A DNA stretch of 64,000 nt from the UHGV virus genome UHGV-0038496. One strand, 5' to 3'. Of this stretch, positions 8,319 to 20,979 are shown one piece after another. The stretch's first letter is position 1. Each line of letters opens with the position of its first letter. The stretch is from a virus. A program made the translations under genes and the position numbers. Below the pieces are notes generated by a model. That model did no database searches. It had not been told where the DNA came from and saw only the letters and a program-made list of their open reading frames with translations.

Positions 8319-11300
8319 TTACGCTAAACGCACAATATAGTTAAATGCAACGTTCTTAACGGTGTTTTCCGTATTACCCGCAGCATTAACCGTGATTGTG
8401 TGGCTGTGTGCACCAATACCAACTGTATGACTGTGTGAGCCGATACCTACGGAGTGGGTGTGAGTACCATTCCCGTCGATAGATCCACTCAGTGAGTGTG
8501 TGTGGGCACCATCCCAAGAAGTTTTAGCCGCCCTCGACACAGCTGTTTTACCAGTAAACGAGCTACTGGTAAGTTTCCACAAAGTCTGTGAACCCTCAGT
8601 AGTGTAACCATCCTGGAAAGTACTAGCACCTGCACCATCCTGGACCTGACAACCGGAACGAGCGTGTTGGTGAGAACCACCAGAACCAACGCTACCCTTG
8701 AGACTGTGACCGTGCCAGCCACTTTCGCCAGTAGTTTTACTACCATAGTTGAAACCAGAAGTGGTTTTAGTACCAAGATCCACACTGTTGGAACTTGCAC
8801 CGTGGGTGTGTGATTTGATACCGTCAGCTTCGGTTGACAGAACATCACGACCAGTGGCTGGTTTACCTTTAATGGTCTGACCACGCATGTCAGGGAGAAC
8901 CCCGCTCGGATACGCAGCAGCCAGTTTAGGATAAGCAGCTTTGTCGAATCCCTGACCAGCCATGATAGCATAACCAGAAGGTGCTGTGTCAGTAGGCCAC
9001 GGTAGCGGAACACCAACCGGAACTCCTGTTTCAGCAAGGTTAACACCATCCATAGTCAGGAACTGGTTTGCTGTAACAATATTACCAGTAATGTTACCGT
9101 TTACTGAGAAATATTTATGCAAGTTATCTTCAGCTGTACCACAGTGGAATACCCAATCGGAAACACCCTGCTCGATATCGGTAGTATCTAAGATTTGGAA
9201 TTCCAAAACGTTCTTACGAGTACTTCCGTTACCCCAATAGTACAATCTGCCGTTATTAGCAGGTAAATTGGAGTTGTTGCTAGGATTGTCAGAACCACCA
9301 ACATGAATGAGCAACTCTTTATCTGTTTCGTCAACATTACGATTCGAGCGTAACTGGATAGCTTTACCAGAATCGTGCCGCCAAACTTCCCACATGTAAG
9401 TTGACCCAGTTCTATCCATGTTACCAACACGGGTATATCTGTCACCAAAACGTGTGATGTACTCCTGTACGCAGCCTTTCGGATTGTTTGCATTGTTCTG
9501 GTAAACAATCAGAGTACCAGCGTACGGTGCTGGGTAATGCCTTTCAGTTGTACAGTCAGCATCTTTTGGTTGGTGGTAAATACCCTCACGAGTACCATCG
9601 TAAGTGTTCAGGTCTGTAGCGTCAAGGCCTACACCTTTATGAGTTAAGATCCTGTTCCATGGTCTGTGATAACCAGCTTCAATGGATCTTGTATACATCT
9701 GGTCAAGGCGACCAGCCATCTGGAAAGCATAGTTTCCAGAGAATGATACAGATATACCACCAACAACCATTGAACCTTCAGGCCCGTTGGTGCTGCCAGC
9801 CATCACTTTGCACGGATTGTTAGCCCCGAACTGGTTGTTCCAGTCACCACTTGTATGGCATACAAAACCACTAGGTGAGTGGAGAGTACCGTCAGCATTA
9901 AAGTTCCAGAATTTATGAGCAGAACCTGTCATATCCCGGACAATAACCTGACCACCAGAACCTGCTGCACGGAATTCAGCCTGACCTAAGTTACCGCATT
10001 TAGAGGTGAACGTACAGTTGATTAAATCTTCTGTACCCTCGGATCTTGTCAGGAAGCCTGCGTTAGATTCAAGAGCTTTACGGGTTGTCTGGCTACCTGG
10101 GCAGATGTATTTCAGACCATTGAACCAGAGTTCTGTTTCACCCATCTCTGTTTTGTTCTGCAAGAACCATTTTTCTCTGGAACCACGATACATCCATTGG
10201 TTACAGTAGAAACCGCTTACACCACCTGTAAAGTCGAAGAGTGCACGCGTGTTGGTTATGCCGTCACCCAATAATGCCTCTTTAAGGCTGGTGATACCTG
10301 CTTTGTATACAACCCCATCGTTATTTTCCGTAGGAGTACCGGATACAAAGTCGTTAGCATAAGTACGAACATCTGTTACTACAGAACTTGCATAAACATA
10401 GACAGGGAACGCTTTTTCATGGACATAGATGGCAGCATATTGCTGATTGCCACGAGTAGGAACAAGCAACCCCAAAATGGACGCTTCATTCTGGTAAAAG
10501 TTGATAATACCGTAGGCAGAATCACCTCTGTCTGTCCAACCACCAGTGCGATACCAACATCTCAGGGTGGAACAGTTCATAGGTTCACTACCCATCGCAG
10601 ATCTGGTATGAATGAGGAGGTCTGTACCAATTGTACCGTTTACCGAAGGTGTGTTGATAATAACAGGATAATATTTATCCTCTTCCGCACCATCAGGTTT
10701 CTGAATTACGAAAGGTGTCGTGTTTACAGCAGAACCACCTGTACCAGTGCTGCTACCACCGCCTTCACCACCGGAGATACCTATGCGTTCTAACCATGCT
10801 TTAACTTCGGTATCAGATACACAGCCTGTACCACCTTTTTCTACTGGGAGTACACCTGTGATCTTATCATCGGTTAAACCAACAGAATCCATTTTACCTA
10901 AAGCACGACCACCGAGGTTAGTCCATGCAGTGGCTGGATCTTTGGCACCAGTACCACCATTGGCAATAGGAAGTGGGATAGTACCTAGACCTTTAGAAGA
11001 ATAACATCCCCAAGCGTCACCACCAGTATTTACGTACAAATACGCAGTACCTGCTTTATTACAAAGCTGAGTCTCACCACCAGTTGTCTGAGTCAGACGA
11101 TCAACCGAAAGGTTGACACGAGCATCAGCAACGGTTCTCGCACCTGTACCGCCTTGGGAGATACTCAAAGGTTGCCAGTTACCAATTTTAGGGTTAAATG
11201 CCCCCCACTGACCGTCAGCATCAACCTGTAAGTAGCAGCCGTTAGCTTGAACGTCAGTAGAACAAACGATAGTCCTTGTATCGGTGGAACGGATGAAGCG

Positions 11301-13187
11301 GGTTAACTTCAAGCTAGTTTTCAAACCGTCGAGACTGTTTGCACCTGTACCACCTTTAGCCACAGGCAGCACACCAGTGATCTTGCCATCTGTCAACGCA
11401 ATGCTATCAAGTTTACCCAGAGCTTTACCACCCAAGTTAGCCCATGCGGTGTTCGCATCTCTTGCACCAGTACCACCCTGACCGATTGCCAGCGGGATGT
11501 AAGAGCTGTTGGCAATATCATAAGCACCCCAGAGTTTACCCTCTGTAATGATCAGTTTGGCAGTGTTTGTTGGGTTGTTGACGGCAGTTTCAGAACCTGC
11601 CTGTACAAGTCTGTTAACCTGTAAAGTATTACGGGTTGTATTCAGATCACGTACAGTAAAGGTGTTACAAGCAACAGTATACGGAACTTCAAAGTTACCG
11701 TCCTCGTTGAAACCCAGGTATCTGTGAATCTGGTTACCTTCTGGACCTTTTTTCAGGTGCAGGGTTAACCATGTTTTATTATCGTTACGGACTTCTGAGT
11801 AAATACGGAAACCGTGTTCTTCTGTCGTACCGTTAGCTTTGTATTTAGTACCATTCAGAATACCTGAAGGACCAACGTTGTTACTTACAGCTCTCAGATA
11901 CAGATTGCTAAAACTGGGTGAATTACCTGCACCAATCCCTATCCACTCACGGAAGCCGTTCGTGTTCACAGGTCTTGACCAGGTTACCCATTGCTGCCAG
12001 GTTTTTTCACCTGCATTATACCAGCGAGAATAATAGGTATCTTCGGTGTTGAACGGATGATATTCCTGACGGCAACCATCTCCCCCGTTCACGTTGTTCT
12101 GCAATACAATCAGTACACCTGCCTGTTGGCAAGGATAACCGTTAGCAGCAGTAGCAAGAGCTGACACTGGTTGATAGTAAACACCAGCTTCATTACCTTT
12201 CAGGTTATTGATATTGAAATTAGCTTCCAGTGCAGTATGGGATCTGTGGAATACCGCAAAGTTACGACGGAACGAAGCAGCATCACGAACACCTGTACCA
12301 CCCTGTTCTACACCCAGAGGTTGCCAGTTATTAGCAGTAGGGTTGTAATACCCCCAACGACCAGAAGTATCCAGTTGCAGGTACGGGACATTACCAATGT
12401 CTTCACCAGAGAAAATAGCCGTACGAGACGGATTAGTCTGGTCAAAACGGTTGAATTCAGATTTTAATGCATGTCTGTGGCATACCGCTTTGTGAGTTTC
12501 TTTGGAAACACGGATGGTGTAGATCGCACCAGTTTTGCCACCCTGCATAATAGCTTCGTACACGTTGGAAGTGGAGGTTTCCGCAACTTTCGATACGAAA
12601 CCATTTAAAGTGCCTTCACCTCTTGCAACATCAGGGAACTGAACAGTTGCTTTTTCATCCATTACGATGTGGCCTGCATAGCCTTCGAGGTAGTTAGCAT
12701 TTGATACAACAGTTACCCTTTCGAAGCTCAGGCCGTTCAGCACACGTACAGCTTCAAAAGCAGCATCAATAGCTTCATCCATAGTATCCTGAATGGTTCT
12801 ACCATCTTCAGTCAATACCAGGGAAGCACCGATTGTGGAACCTAACTCGTCACGTAAAGACGGGTCAGTGTAAACCGACCATGCACCATCAGTTACGCCA
12901 CCATCTTCGTAGGGACTTGACAATGAAGGTACAGTATGCGGGTATCCACCTGTCCAGCGTAAGTATAAATCTTCTTCCTCGTAGTAGCAGAAGTCCATCG
13001 GACCATTCAGGGTGCCACCGTCATGGAAGTTGACAACGTGGGAGAGAGTCGGATCACCTGCCATCAGATCTTTCACTGAAGTTCTGCGGGTGAGGTCTGG
13101 TTGCTGAACGATCAGATAGTCTTCTTCTTTGTTGACTTCTGTGGTTACAGGCAAAGACTCAATCCTGACAAGTTTCACATCTGCCAT
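8319..13187 (-). CDS. Long tail fibre protein
   Basis: Start at MADVKLV with AGGAG Shine-Dalgarno; 1622 aa; repeated (I/A)xGGTGA(R/K)...WxNLG modules typical of phage fibre repeats; C-terminal His-rich HxH repeats. Confidence 0.75.
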   Translation of the reverse strand: MADVKLVRIESLPVTTEVNKEEDYLIVQQPDLTRRTSVKDLMAGDPTLSHVVNFHDGGTLNGPMDFCYYEEEDLYLRWTGGYPHTVPSLSSPYEDGGVTDGAWSVYTDPSLRDELGSTIGASLVLTEDGRTIQDTMDEAIDAAFEAVRVLNGLSFERVTVVSNANYLEGYAGHIVMDEKATVQFPDVARGEGTLNGFVSKVAETSTSNVYEAIMQGGKTGAIYTIRVSKETHKAVCHRHALKSEFNRFDQTNPSRTAIFSGEDIGNVPYLQLDTSGRWGYYNPTANNWQPLGVEQGGTGVRDAASFRRNFAVFHRSHTALEANFNINNLKGNEAGVYYQPVSALATAANGYPCQQAGVLIVLQNNVNGGDGCRQEYHPFNTEDTYYSRWYNAGEKTWQQWVTWSRPVNTNGFREWIGIGAGNSPSFSNLYLRAVSNNVGPSGILNGTKYKANGTTEEHGFRIYSEVRNDNKTWLTLHLKKGPEGNQIHRYLGFNEDGNFEVPYTVACNTFTVRDLNTTRNTLQVNRLVQAGSETAVNNPTNTAKLIITEGKLWGAYDIANSSYIPLAIGQGGTGARDANTAWANLGGKALGKLDSIALTDGKITGVLPVAKGGTGANSLDGLKTSLKLTRFIRSTDTRTIVCSTDVQANGCYLQVDADGQWGAFNPKIGNWQPLSISQGGTGARTVADARVNLSVDRLTQTTGGETQLCNKAGTAYLYVNTGGDAWGCYSSKGLGTIPLPIANGGTGAKDPATAWTNLGGRALGKMDSVGLTDDKITGVLPVEKGGTGCVSDTEVKAWLERIGISGGEGGGSSTGTGGSAVNTTPFVIQKPDGAEEDKYYPVIINTPSVNGTIGTDLLIHTRSAMGSEPMNCSTLRCWYRTGGWTDRGDSAYGIINFYQNEASILGLLVPTRGNQQYAAIYVHEKAFPVYVYASSVVTDVRTYANDFVSGTPTENNDGVVYKAGITSLKEALLGDGITNTRALFDFTGGVSGFYCNQWMYRGSREKWFLQNKTEMGETELWFNGLKYICPGSQTTRKALESNAGFLTRSEGTEDLINCTFTSKCGNLGQAEFRAAGSGGQVIVRDMTGSAHKFWNFNADGTLHSPSGFVCHTSGDWNNQFGANNPCKVMAGSTNGPEGSMVVGGISVSFSGNYAFQMAGRLDQMYTRSIEAGYHRPWNRILTHKGVGLDATDLNTYDGTREGIYHQPKDADCTTERHYPAPYAGTLIVYQNNANNPKGCVQEYITRFGDRYTRVGNMDRTGSTYMWEVWRHDSGKAIQLRSNRNVDETDKELLIHVGGSDNPSNNSNLPANNGRLYYWGNGSTRKNVLEFQILDTTDIEQGVSDWVFHCGTAEDNLHKYFSVNGNITGNIVTANQFLTMDGVNLAETGVPVGVPLPWPTDTAPSGYAIMAGQGFDKAAYPKLAAAYPSGVLPDMRGQTIKGKPATGRDVLSTEADGIKSHTHGASSNSVDLGTKTTSGFNYGSKTTGESGWHGHSLKGSVGSGGSHQHARSGCQVQDGAGASTFQDGYTTEGSQTLWKLTSSSFTGKTAVSRAAKTSWDGAHTHSLSGSIDGNGTHTHSVGIGSHSHTVGIGAHSHTITVNAAGNTENTVKNVAFNYIVRLA

Positions 13188-13222
13188 TGTTTCTCCTGTT
13201 AGGAGGGCCGAAGCCCTCCAGA

Positions 13223-15811
13223 TCAAATATACAAGTTGCGATATTGAGCGTAAAGGCCCAGACCTCTCAGTATTTCACCGGAGTGGAAACCTACAGGATC
13301 TGAGTTAGCCCAACAGCCGTTAAGGATATTAGTGCCATTGACAAAATAATGTCTCTGTAAGTCATTCATGCAGGCTTCAACTACTGGGTCAATCTGTGCC
13401 CATGTGTAACCTGCCAAACCTGCATAACAACAACCAGCTAACCATTCAGCGGTGATCCATTGTCTGTCACCTCTGTCCTGATTGGAATAGCCACCTGTCG
13501 TACTGAAATCTGTGGGTAATCTGCCACCATTCGCTGACTGGAATCTGTTCAGGAAAGCAATCCATTTCTGGCAATACTGTTCCAGACGTTCATCCACAGG
13601 TTTTTTATTTTTCTTCAATTCGTAAAGTGCTCTGCAACCAGCAAGGAATGCTCTGCTTTGCATTTTAGAATTGTCCAGCATCATGAACCCACCAATCAGG
13701 CTACCTTTCTGCCAGTTGTAAGCTGTGTAGACAGGACCTTCTGTGCGAAATACGACTGAATATTGCTGCTGAGCATCATACAGGAATTTAACACAGTTAG
13801 TAAGCTCTGCAAGATCTGTAGGTTCTTCACCCATACAGAATACCGCAGGGTACTGTTCGCCAGCTACCGGATAGGCAGGTCTTTCTTCCAGCAAATAATT
13901 GTCTGGATCAGCAACCTTACCTGTAGGCCATGCCCCTGGTGCATAGTTCAGGCTGTCAAATTTGTAATCTGCGACATAGCAATCACCAAGTTTAGCAGTT
14001 GCTGCCACACGGGATGCGAGATGCATTGAGAATCTTACGATGTAAACATCACCTACAAAGTTAAAGAACTCTGGTAAATTGTTTACACAATATAGATTGA
14101 AAATGCCATCGCCAATCTTAGTAGTTGCCAGCTTAATGGTGATCTGAGTCACCTCTTTCAGGTTGGCAAAGAACGGTTTCACTTCATCAGCAGTGTGATT
14201 AGGCTGCGTAGTTTCAAGCAGAAAATCACCAATTGACAAGTTTTCAGTGACCCAGTTTGCACCTGTGCCATGTAGATCAGTATACCATAACCAGCCATCT
14301 TTATCAAGGAAATTAATCCTGACAATATCTGCTGTGCATTGATAAGTAATGGAACGCAGTGCTCTCGTGCCATTAAAATCAAAAACAACCTGACCGCTTG
14401 AGATATTCAACGAAGCGTAGTTATCGCTGTGGCCTAGCAAGGTACTGGAGTAGCCCATGCTCAGAACAGCACCACCACTGGCTGTTAATCTTTCTTCTTT
14501 TGGCAGAAGATAGGATTCACCGAACTCTGGAGATACCCTTACGAAGTCGCGGATCTCAAAAGTGTTGGTCTGCATACCTGTTCCACCGAACGGAACACCA
14601 ACACGGTACTCTATGTTTTTACCATAACCATCATCAATGGTGAAATATGGCTGGAACAGAACATTATCACCACCGAATTCGATTACTATGGCAGAATCCC
14701 TGTTCACTTTATACGTAAGACCGCGTTGAACAACTTCACAAGGTTTACGTGCCCCCATACCAATGTTGATATAACCTTCGGCATCACGGGTGAGTGTAGG
14801 TCTGTTACCTGTGATTGTCACATTACCATCTGCAAAAGGCGCTCTAATCTCCGTGGTGCGTCTGCAAATCATATCATAGGCATTTGGGTTACAGTACGCT
14901 AATAGCTCGCTGTGGGCCTTCTTATAGGCCTCAAAATACTTGCTTTCGTAAGTGATCGAATAAAGTGCATAGCAAGCATCACACCACATTGCCAGTGCGT
15001 CAACAGGTTCTGGCTGATCAGGTGCTGTCACGTTGCATGGAGAAGTGATCACCGGATCATAGCGTTTGATCTCTTTACCGCCCTGTGCAACAGGTAGACG
15101 TACTGCATAGTTTAATTTGTGTGTGCCGTTAACCGAAGTGCTGGCTAACTGAACAGTACCGTACTCAGAAGCAGCATGTCCTGTATCAGCGATAGTGCCG
15201 TTGGCCCAGTAACGATTACCATCCCAGGCTATGTACCAATCAACAGGGTATTTCGTACCAGATGCATACCAGTTCGGAGCAGCATCTGTACCTGCATACA
15301 CATCAGAATTCATAGAATTACGACCTAAAGCACCATCGTAGGCCATAACTGCAACATCAAGATACTCACCCCAGGTAGGTGAGCCAGAGGGAATTTTAGC
15401 TCTCCCTTTGCTGAAAGAGATGTTCACCCCTTTAAAACCACCATGTTGTGGAATACCGTCATCTGTTAATGGGTAGTGGGAAATACGATTGCATTTTCCT
15501 TCTACTGCAAAGTTACCTGTTAAATGTTTATCATAAGCATCCCAGCAGGCTTTTGCTCTGGCTAACCAGAACTCATCCTCTGTTGCTCTGTATACCTCTA
15601 CGTAACCCAGGATCAACACAGCCTGAGCCTCTGGAGTCGTCCAGTCATTGTTGATAGTGGAACCCTTCCAACCGCTGGCGATCAGATGTTCAGGATCAAC
15701 AAGAAAGTTCTGACTATTCGGGCTAACTGTAAGGCCAGTGTTTTTATCGAGGCACGTCCTGTGCCCCTCTATCATCTGGTATACGTTATCAATGCCGTGT
15801 TGAATACGCAT
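13223..15811 (-). CDS. Large baseplate/tail-spike-like protein
   Basis: Start at MRIQHG with AGGAG Shine-Dalgarno; 862 aa; no catalytic motif confidently recognised. Confidence 0.5.
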   Translation of the reverse strand: MRIQHGIDNVYQMIEGHRTCLDKNTGLTVSPNSQNFLVDPEHLIASGWKGSTINNDWTTPEAQAVLILGYVEVYRATEDEFWLARAKACWDAYDKHLTGNFAVEGKCNRISHYPLTDDGIPQHGGFKGVNISFSKGRAKIPSGSPTWGEYLDVAVMAYDGALGRNSMNSDVYAGTDAAPNWYASGTKYPVDWYIAWDGNRYWANGTIADTGHAASEYGTVQLASTSVNGTHKLNYAVRLPVAQGGKEIKRYDPVITSPCNVTAPDQPEPVDALAMWCDACYALYSITYESKYFEAYKKAHSELLAYCNPNAYDMICRRTTEIRAPFADGNVTITGNRPTLTRDAEGYINIGMGARKPCEVVQRGLTYKVNRDSAIVIEFGGDNVLFQPYFTIDDGYGKNIEYRVGVPFGGTGMQTNTFEIRDFVRVSPEFGESYLLPKEERLTASGGAVLSMGYSSTLLGHSDNYASLNISSGQVVFDFNGTRALRSITYQCTADIVRINFLDKDGWLWYTDLHGTGANWVTENLSIGDFLLETTQPNHTADEVKPFFANLKEVTQITIKLATTKIGDGIFNLYCVNNLPEFFNFVGDVYIVRFSMHLASRVAATAKLGDCYVADYKFDSLNYAPGAWPTGKVADPDNYLLEERPAYPVAGEQYPAVFCMGEEPTDLAELTNCVKFLYDAQQQYSVVFRTEGPVYTAYNWQKGSLIGGFMMLDNSKMQSRAFLAGCRALYELKKNKKPVDERLEQYCQKWIAFLNRFQSANGGRLPTDFSTTGGYSNQDRGDRQWITAEWLAGCCYAGLAGYTWAQIDPVVEACMNDLQRHYFVNGTNILNGCWANSDPVGFHSGEILRGLGLYAQYRNLYI

Positions 15812-15812
15812 A

Positions 15813-16481
15813 TTACCTAGCTCCTGCAATGATTAGTGAGCCGTACCACGTTAATCCGTTATCATACGTCTCAAGTTTAAAAATGTCTGTAGCACCCTGG
15901 GTAAAGGTAAGAATAGGTTTTCTACCAAATGCCCAACGGATGTTATCAGGCCAGTAAATTTTACTGCCACCTGCGGTCTGTGTGACTACAACCGTAACAG
16001 AACGTGCTGTACCTTCAACACCTTCTGTCTCATTGTCAAAGACTAATGTGGTGTCAGTAGTCAGGCGAACAATGAAAGTATCTGCAACTTTAAGGTCAAG
16101 TTCCAGTGTACCACCAATGGCACCATAGTCAATTATGCCACCAGAAGCAGTTACCGGAAGTTCACCGAAGACTGCCCATGCACCAGCTCTCACACCACCA
16201 GCTCCTTCCAACGTGGAGTCCGGCAGGATTACTTTCGGATACTCGCCGTTCCAGGTGTAGTAGCGGTTAGTCTCAGTATCATAGGCAAGGTCTTTTTTGC
16301 TATCTAAATGACCACCTTCGTTAAAATAGACAATCTTCGCAATGCCGATATCATTCAGCATATCATTAATTTTGGCCTTACGTGTGCCATCTGACTGGTT
16401 GACAACTAAGAAGTCATCTGTCAATACTGTAGACACATCATCAAGGTCTGGGATAGGAATTGTAGGATAAGCTACAGCCAT
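15813..16481 (-). CDS. Hypothetical baseplate protein
   Basis: 222 aa ORF with Shine-Dalgarno, in baseplate block. Confidence 0.5.
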   Translation of the reverse strand: MAVAYPTIPIPDLDDVSTVLTDDFLVVNQSDGTRKAKINDMLNDIGIAKIVYFNEGGHLDSKKDLAYDTETNRYYTWNGEYPKVILPDSTLEGAGGVRAGAWAVFGELPVTASGGIIDYGAIGGTLELDLKVADTFIVRLTTDTTLVFDNETEGVEGTARSVTVVVTQTAGGSKIYWPDNIRWAFGRKPILTFTQGATDIFKLETYDNGLTWYGSLIIAGAR

Positions 16482-16491
16482 AAGATCTCCA

Positions 16492-17208
16492 TTAGTTCAC
16501 ATCAATACCACGGTCAGATTGGTTAGCGATAGCTTCGCCATCTGTTGTCGAAATAACACCAGAAAATTCACGTTCATCAACAACAGTTTTGAAATTGTTT
16601 CTGTTGATCGTTTGATCAGCATCCGTAAGCAGCAGGTCTTTGTTCTGTGCAAGCAGAGAACCAACTGGGATTGGGTTTTCCATTTCAGGACCAGACCATT
16701 CGCTCCACCATGTAGCATCACCAGTACGCGGTAGACGGAAGTTGATCAGATAGTAAAGTTTGTTAGCCCACTTGATCCAACCATCGTCATCACACAGGGA
16801 TGTAGAGCCAGCTTCTGGTTGTGGGTATTCAAACTGGTCGAAGCCTATGAATGCAATCCTGACGATCTCATTCTCTTTGGTAACCACCTCAAAGAATGCC
16901 TGATAGGTACGGGATCTGCGATCCATTGTGGATTCGAAGTTAATAATGTTCAAAACATCCGGTTCTTCACGGGCAATGGAACGAATCTTGTTATCAAGAA
17001 TGGTTTTCATTACCTTTTTGCCAATGTAATCGAGATATGGGAAACCGAACGTCTCGTCCCAATACCACGACCCTTTCCATGTGTTGAACCTCATCCAAAG
17101 CCTTTGTCGTAGGCTTATCTGGTTTGACTCTATCACCTGAAGACCAGAACGTATGTCCAGGTCCCCCGTAACAGGGTCCATTAAGAAATCTGAATACAGT
17201 GTTGACAT
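16492..17208 (-). CDS. Hypothetical baseplate protein
   Basis: Start at MSTLYSDF with AGGAG Shine-Dalgarno; 238 aa. Confidence 0.5.
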   Translation of the reverse strand: MSTLYSDFLMDPVTGDLDIRSGLQVIESNQISLRQRLWMRFNTWKGSWYWDETFGFPYLDYIGKKVMKTILDNKIRSIAREEPDVLNIINFESTMDRRSRTYQAFFEVVTKENEIVRIAFIGFDQFEYPQPEAGSTSLCDDDGWIKWANKLYYLINFRLPRTGDATWWSEWSGPEMENPIPVGSLLAQNKDLLLTDADQTINRNNFKTVVDEREFSGVISTTDGEAIANQSDRGIDVN

Positions 17209-17219
17209 TTCTTCTCCTG

Positions 17220-17903
17220 TTAACCGGGTGTAGAAGTGCGACCGCCATGAGGACAAGCATAAGTGTGGGCTTTGTATTCCTGATAGAAACTATCAAGGTC
17301 AACGCCGTTGGCAGTGATCATTCTCCCTTCAGGAGTGACCTTTGCCCCATTCATCACGATGTTACCATCTGTCTTAGCAGTCAGGCTTGCTGCCCCGTTG
17401 TTGAAGCTAAACTCACCAGATTGATCCACAACCAAAGTACCAGCCGGAGTCTGCAATGTAAAGTCTCCGTTCGGTGTCATTGTGAAATGCACTTGGTCAT
17501 TATACAGCTCAACGTTCTCCGGGTCAATAGGCATTGCATTACCATCTGAATGGACAGAAGTAATCGCCCATCCAGGGAACAGGCCATGAGTTTGCATATC
17601 GTCGTTGTTGTTCTCATTACGTTCAGAGAACTGCAAACCAACGATATCCCCAGGCTTGATTGGTAACGTCAGCCTTGCCTTACCACCATTGGCAGATACC
17701 ATTTGAAGCGGAACATCGTAAATCAGTGGAAAGCGATCCACATCGTCATCTTCAAAATATGTCTCAGCCAGAGGCTGGACAGAAGCAGAAGGAATGGAGT
17801 AGTCCACAGAGACAACTCTTGCTCTCACAGAAGTGTGAAAGCCTCGCATCGTCTCCTCGATGAAACTACGAAACGCTGCATCTTTTCTGGCAAGTGTTCC
17901 CAT
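17220..17903 (-). CDS. Hypothetical baseplate protein (spike/hub-like)
   Basis: 227 aa; strong AGGAGG Shine-Dalgarno. Confidence 0.5.
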   Translation of the reverse strand: MGTLARKDAAFRSFIEETMRGFHTSVRARVVSVDYSIPSASVQPLAETYFEDDDVDRFPLIYDVPLQMVSANGGKARLTLPIKPGDIVGLQFSERNENNNDDMQTHGLFPGWAITSVHSDGNAMPIDPENVELYNDQVHFTMTPNGDFTLQTPAGTLVVDQSGEFSFNNGAASLTAKTDGNIVMNGAKVTPEGRMITANGVDLDSFYQEYKAHTYACPHGGRTSTPG

Positions 17904-18568
17904 TATTCCTCCTGACTGTCATCAACTAGTAGAGAATCTCTGTAAGAAATTGCGTCAGATAGGTCTTTAAACTGCCTTCTTCTCTTCCCCGGAACTTGAA
18001 CTCTCCACCTGCCACGTTCTTTAGCAAAACGGATATATTTTTCTCCAGACAGATTATCAGACCTTGCTCTTACCTTAATCTTAGGTGCTATACCTGAGGC
18101 AATATCCTCCTCCGCTCGTTCCCTGGCCTCCACAGCTTCTTCAAAAGTATCAAAACTTCCAAGGCTATATTTATGGTTACCATGCACTACCGCTGCTTTC
18201 CACTTGTGCTTAGTATTGCAATAGTGGACACCCGCGACACCTGAAGTGTTATTAATATTTAAATTTTTTCTTTTAATACAAGAGGTGTTCACAGCAGGTG
18301 TGACCAGCTCTAAATTCTCAATGCGGTCATCCCCCCGAATGCCGTTTATGTGGTTAATAACCAACCCTTCTGGGATAGGGCCATTGAACATTTCCCAGAC
18401 AACCCTATGTCTGTAGAAACGTTCATGACCTACACCAACATGCCAGTACCCGTGCCCCGAATCGCACCCAACTTTTGCCCCTGTGTAATGCCCGTTGCGG
18501 CTGGTTTTCCAGAACAACTCCCCATCTACATATAGAAAATGCTCATGAAAATTAATCATCGCTTCCAT
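17903..18568 (-). CDS. Free-standing HNH homing endonuclease with AP2-type DNA-binding domain
   Basis: 221 aa; VINHINGIRGDDRIENLELVTPAVN HNH motif; C-terminal GVAGVHY...WKAAV AP2-like module; inserted between baseplate genes. Confidence 0.75.
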   Translation of the reverse strand: MEAMINFHEHFLYVDGELFWKTSRNGHYTGAKVGCDSGHGYWHVGVGHERFYRHRVVWEMFNGPIPEGLVINHINGIRGDDRIENLELVTPAVNTSCIKRKNLNINNTSGVAGVHYCNTKHKWKAAVVHGNHKYSLGSFDTFEEAVEARERAEEDIASGIAPKIKVRARSDNLSGEKYIRFAKERGRWRVQVPGKRRRQFKDLSDAISYRDSLLVDDSQEE

Positions 18569-19601
18569 CCTCTATAACACCAGCGTAACACTCCCCAAGG
18601 CCCAATTCTGTAATCCAATCACCTCCTTCAACTTGCCCTTTGTGGTGAACTGTAATCACTTTGTAGAAGCCTGTGTACCGTCTACTTTTCAGGTAGATTG
18701 TTGATTCAGGGATAATTGCACCATTCAGCACCGTGGTCACCGTCAGGCCAACATCCTCTTTTGGATTTTTCTTTTTCTTTTTCTTACCAGTTACACCAGC
18801 TTGTTCATCTGTGATCGGGCTTTTACCTTCTTTGCCACCACCTTTGGCAGCAGCTTTTGCTTTACGTTTTTTAGCAGGTTCTGGGTTCTTAGGTGTGGGA
18901 GAACCGTGCATACCAGTCTCTGCACTGATCTCGTAGACTGAATCTTTAAACCGTTTACCAGTCTTAGTCCAGTAGACTGCGCCATCCTGAACGCTGAAAT
19001 TAGAGTTGGTAAGACGTGCAAACTTCCTAAGGTTCTCAGCCGTGTTGCCGGAGAAAGCCATAGAATATTGCAAAGTCTGATTCCCGAACTTAACCACACG
19101 TCCACGGGGCAGGTTCATATCGTTCAAAAGATCATTCAACACCGTATCCATCGGAGTACCTTTGGCATACGATCTTGTTGTCTGGCATTTGATAATGTTC
19201 TCTGTACCATCACCGAAGATCAGTTTAGTCTTACGGGTTGGACCATCCCACGTATCTTCCACAAACTCAACTGTGCCGGAGAAGATAACCTGGTTATCGT
19301 TATCATAGCCTGCTTCAAGCAGAACAGCAACGGCATCTGCTTGATGGGCATCAAGATAGTTCACTGTATCATCTGACAAGTTGTAGACAATCACATAGCC
19401 TTTGTTTGGCTCTTTGGAATTATCTTTCTGCAAATCAAACTCGATGTTGGCGAATCCGGTATCGGAGCTGATCTCATAGACACCGGAATCTGATTCACTA
19501 CGCTTTTGAACTGCTTTCGGGATATCCACCTTCGTTTTCCCTTTAGCGACCACACATCTACCGAAGAGTAATCGCCAGGTTCTGTGTCTGTACTCAGCCA
19601 T
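18552..19601 (-). CDS. Hypothetical baseplate protein with Lys-rich linker
   Basis: 349 aa; internal KKRKAKAAAKGGGK...KKKKKKN low-complexity segment. Confidence 0.5.
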   Translation of the reverse strand: MAEYRHRTWRLLFGRCVVAKGKTKVDIPKAVQKRSESDSGVYEISSDTGFANIEFDLQKDNSKEPNKGYVIVYNLSDDTVNYLDAHQADAVAVLLEAGYDNDNQVIFSGTVEFVEDTWDGPTRKTKLIFGDGTENIIKCQTTRSYAKGTPMDTVLNDLLNDMNLPRGRVVKFGNQTLQYSMAFSGNTAENLRKFARLTNSNFSVQDGAVYWTKTGKRFKDSVYEISAETGMHGSPTPKNPEPAKKRKAKAAAKGGGKEGKSPITDEQAGVTGKKKKKKNPKEDVGLTVTTVLNGAIIPESTIYLKSRRYTGFYKVITVHHKGQVEGGDWITELGLGECYAGVIEDGSDD

Positions 19602-19604
19602 AAA

Positions 19605-19982
19605 TTACTCCATGTAGATTTCATCGTAGAGGCTTGCAGGTGTACCGTACACCAGTTGCAGCTCAGAACGTGCACCCATATTATAGCGACCACAGCGGCC
19701 CCAGAAAAGCTGATCCTTAAAACTCAGGACTATCAGCTTACCTTTTGGTAAGTCATCCCTGTAATGTAGGCCATCGAGAATGTCCTGGCAGGCGCAAACT
19801 TTTCGGCATACCAGAGGATCATCCCCTAATGCACCGAGAGATAACCACCAGGATTCATCCCTCTCATTCCATTGCAGTCGCATTTCGTAGGTTTCATTAT
19901 CAAGCACAACACGCATAGTTTGGTCTGCATATCCATCAATGTCCCACGTAAACGTGATGACACATACTTCTTTGATTTCCAT
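19605..19982 (-). CDS. Hypothetical tail protein
   Basis: 125 aa ORF in operon context. Confidence 0.45.
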   Translation of the reverse strand: MEIKEVCVITFTWDIDGYADQTMRVVLDNETYEMRLQWNERDESWWLSLGALGDDPLVCRKVCACQDILDGLHYRDDLPKGKLIVLSFKDQLFWGRCGRYNMGARSELQLVYGTPASLYDEIYME

Positions 19983-19990
19983 ACGCCACC

Positions 19991-20875
19991 TTATTTGTTG
20001 TCATGCATGTAGTTATTTTGCTCAGAAGGAACGATTGTAGAGTTACCACCATATTCCTGACGATAGGCTTCCTGAACAGTCATACCAGAGTTTTTTAGCT
20101 GGATGTTTTTCTGTCCGTCCCACTTCTGTTTAGCATTGGTGTATGTCGTATCTGCATACGGACTGGCATTAGCAGAGTTACCAACGTTACTGTCCTTCGT
20201 GCAATCGTTAACCGCACCTTTCTGTTTTGATTTATCAACCTTTTTAGGATTTGTGTAGACAGTAGCATTGACCATCTTGTTGAGGACGAAAGTTCTGAAC
20301 TCTGTCAGCTCAACATCGAACACCAAAGCAGCACCTTCACCTGTGCTTTTCTTCGCACTACATTTGGTAACTATGTAGTTTTCAAGGATAGCTTCCTCGG
20401 TTACCAACGTAACCAATTGTCTTCTCTTGATAACTTCACCCATTGCCTGTAATGCAGCTTCAGGCCTTGCAGAGTCTGCTGGTCTTTGTGGGTCAGTGTT
20501 TCTGTCAATGTAGTTTTGTTCGTACACTATGTGTGGTGAAGTATTCACCCTACCTGTGAAGGAGAATACTGCATCCTTGATCACTGCGTGATCCGAAATC
20601 GTAACACGGTCTTCGACCGCAAACTGTGTTTTATCAACACTTCTGTCGAAAGTATAATTCTCAATCTGGTCAAATATGATAGCGATATCGTTGGTGAAGT
20701 TTTTACCCTTCAACTCAATGTTACGACCACCATAATTCAAGCCGCTGATGAACAAAGTAAACTGTACGTCCTCTGTCTCTTTCTCAGCTTCTTCTGCCTT
20801 CTCTGACCTGACCAGCTGAGGTTTATATAGGTCTTTTTCATCGACCACTTTTTCTACACCGGGTGTATATGGCAT
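19991..20875 (-). CDS. Hypothetical tail protein (immediately distal to tape measure)
   Basis: 294 aa ORF. Confidence 0.5.
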   Translation of the reverse strand: MPYTPGVEKVVDEKDLYKPQLVRSEKAEEAEKETEDVQFTLFISGLNYGGRNIELKGKNFTNDIAIIFDQIENYTFDRSVDKTQFAVEDRVTISDHAVIKDAVFSFTGRVNTSPHIVYEQNYIDRNTDPQRPADSARPEAALQAMGEVIKRRQLVTLVTEEAILENYIVTKCSAKKSTGEGAALVFDVELTEFRTFVLNKMVNATVYTNPKKVDKSKQKGAVNDCTKDSNVGNSANASPYADTTYTNAKQKWDGQKNIQLKNSGMTVQEAYRQEYGGNSTIVPSEQNNYMHDNK

Positions 20876-20945
20876 AACCTCTCCAGTTGCTAGTAGTCAC
20901 CATTTCATAATTATACCATAGAAATGGGGTTTTTACAAGTTACAT

Positions 20946-20971
20946 AAAAGAAAAGGGGCCGCGAAGGCCCC
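20946..20971 (-). terminator. Rho-independent terminator (minus strand)
   Basis: GGGGCC-TTCGC-GGCCCC hairpin plus TTTTCTTTT just downstream of tape measure stop. Confidence 0.5.
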
Positions 20972-20979
20972 TTGAAAGG

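Noticed and set aside
8489-9049. Antisense and alternative-frame ORFs inside large structural genes (for example 8489..9049, 6716..7426, 10419..10793, 31090..31443, 32919..33614, 34244..34672)
   Set aside because: Fully embedded in longer, better-supported ORFs on the same or opposite strand, with low-complexity translations and no translation signals.
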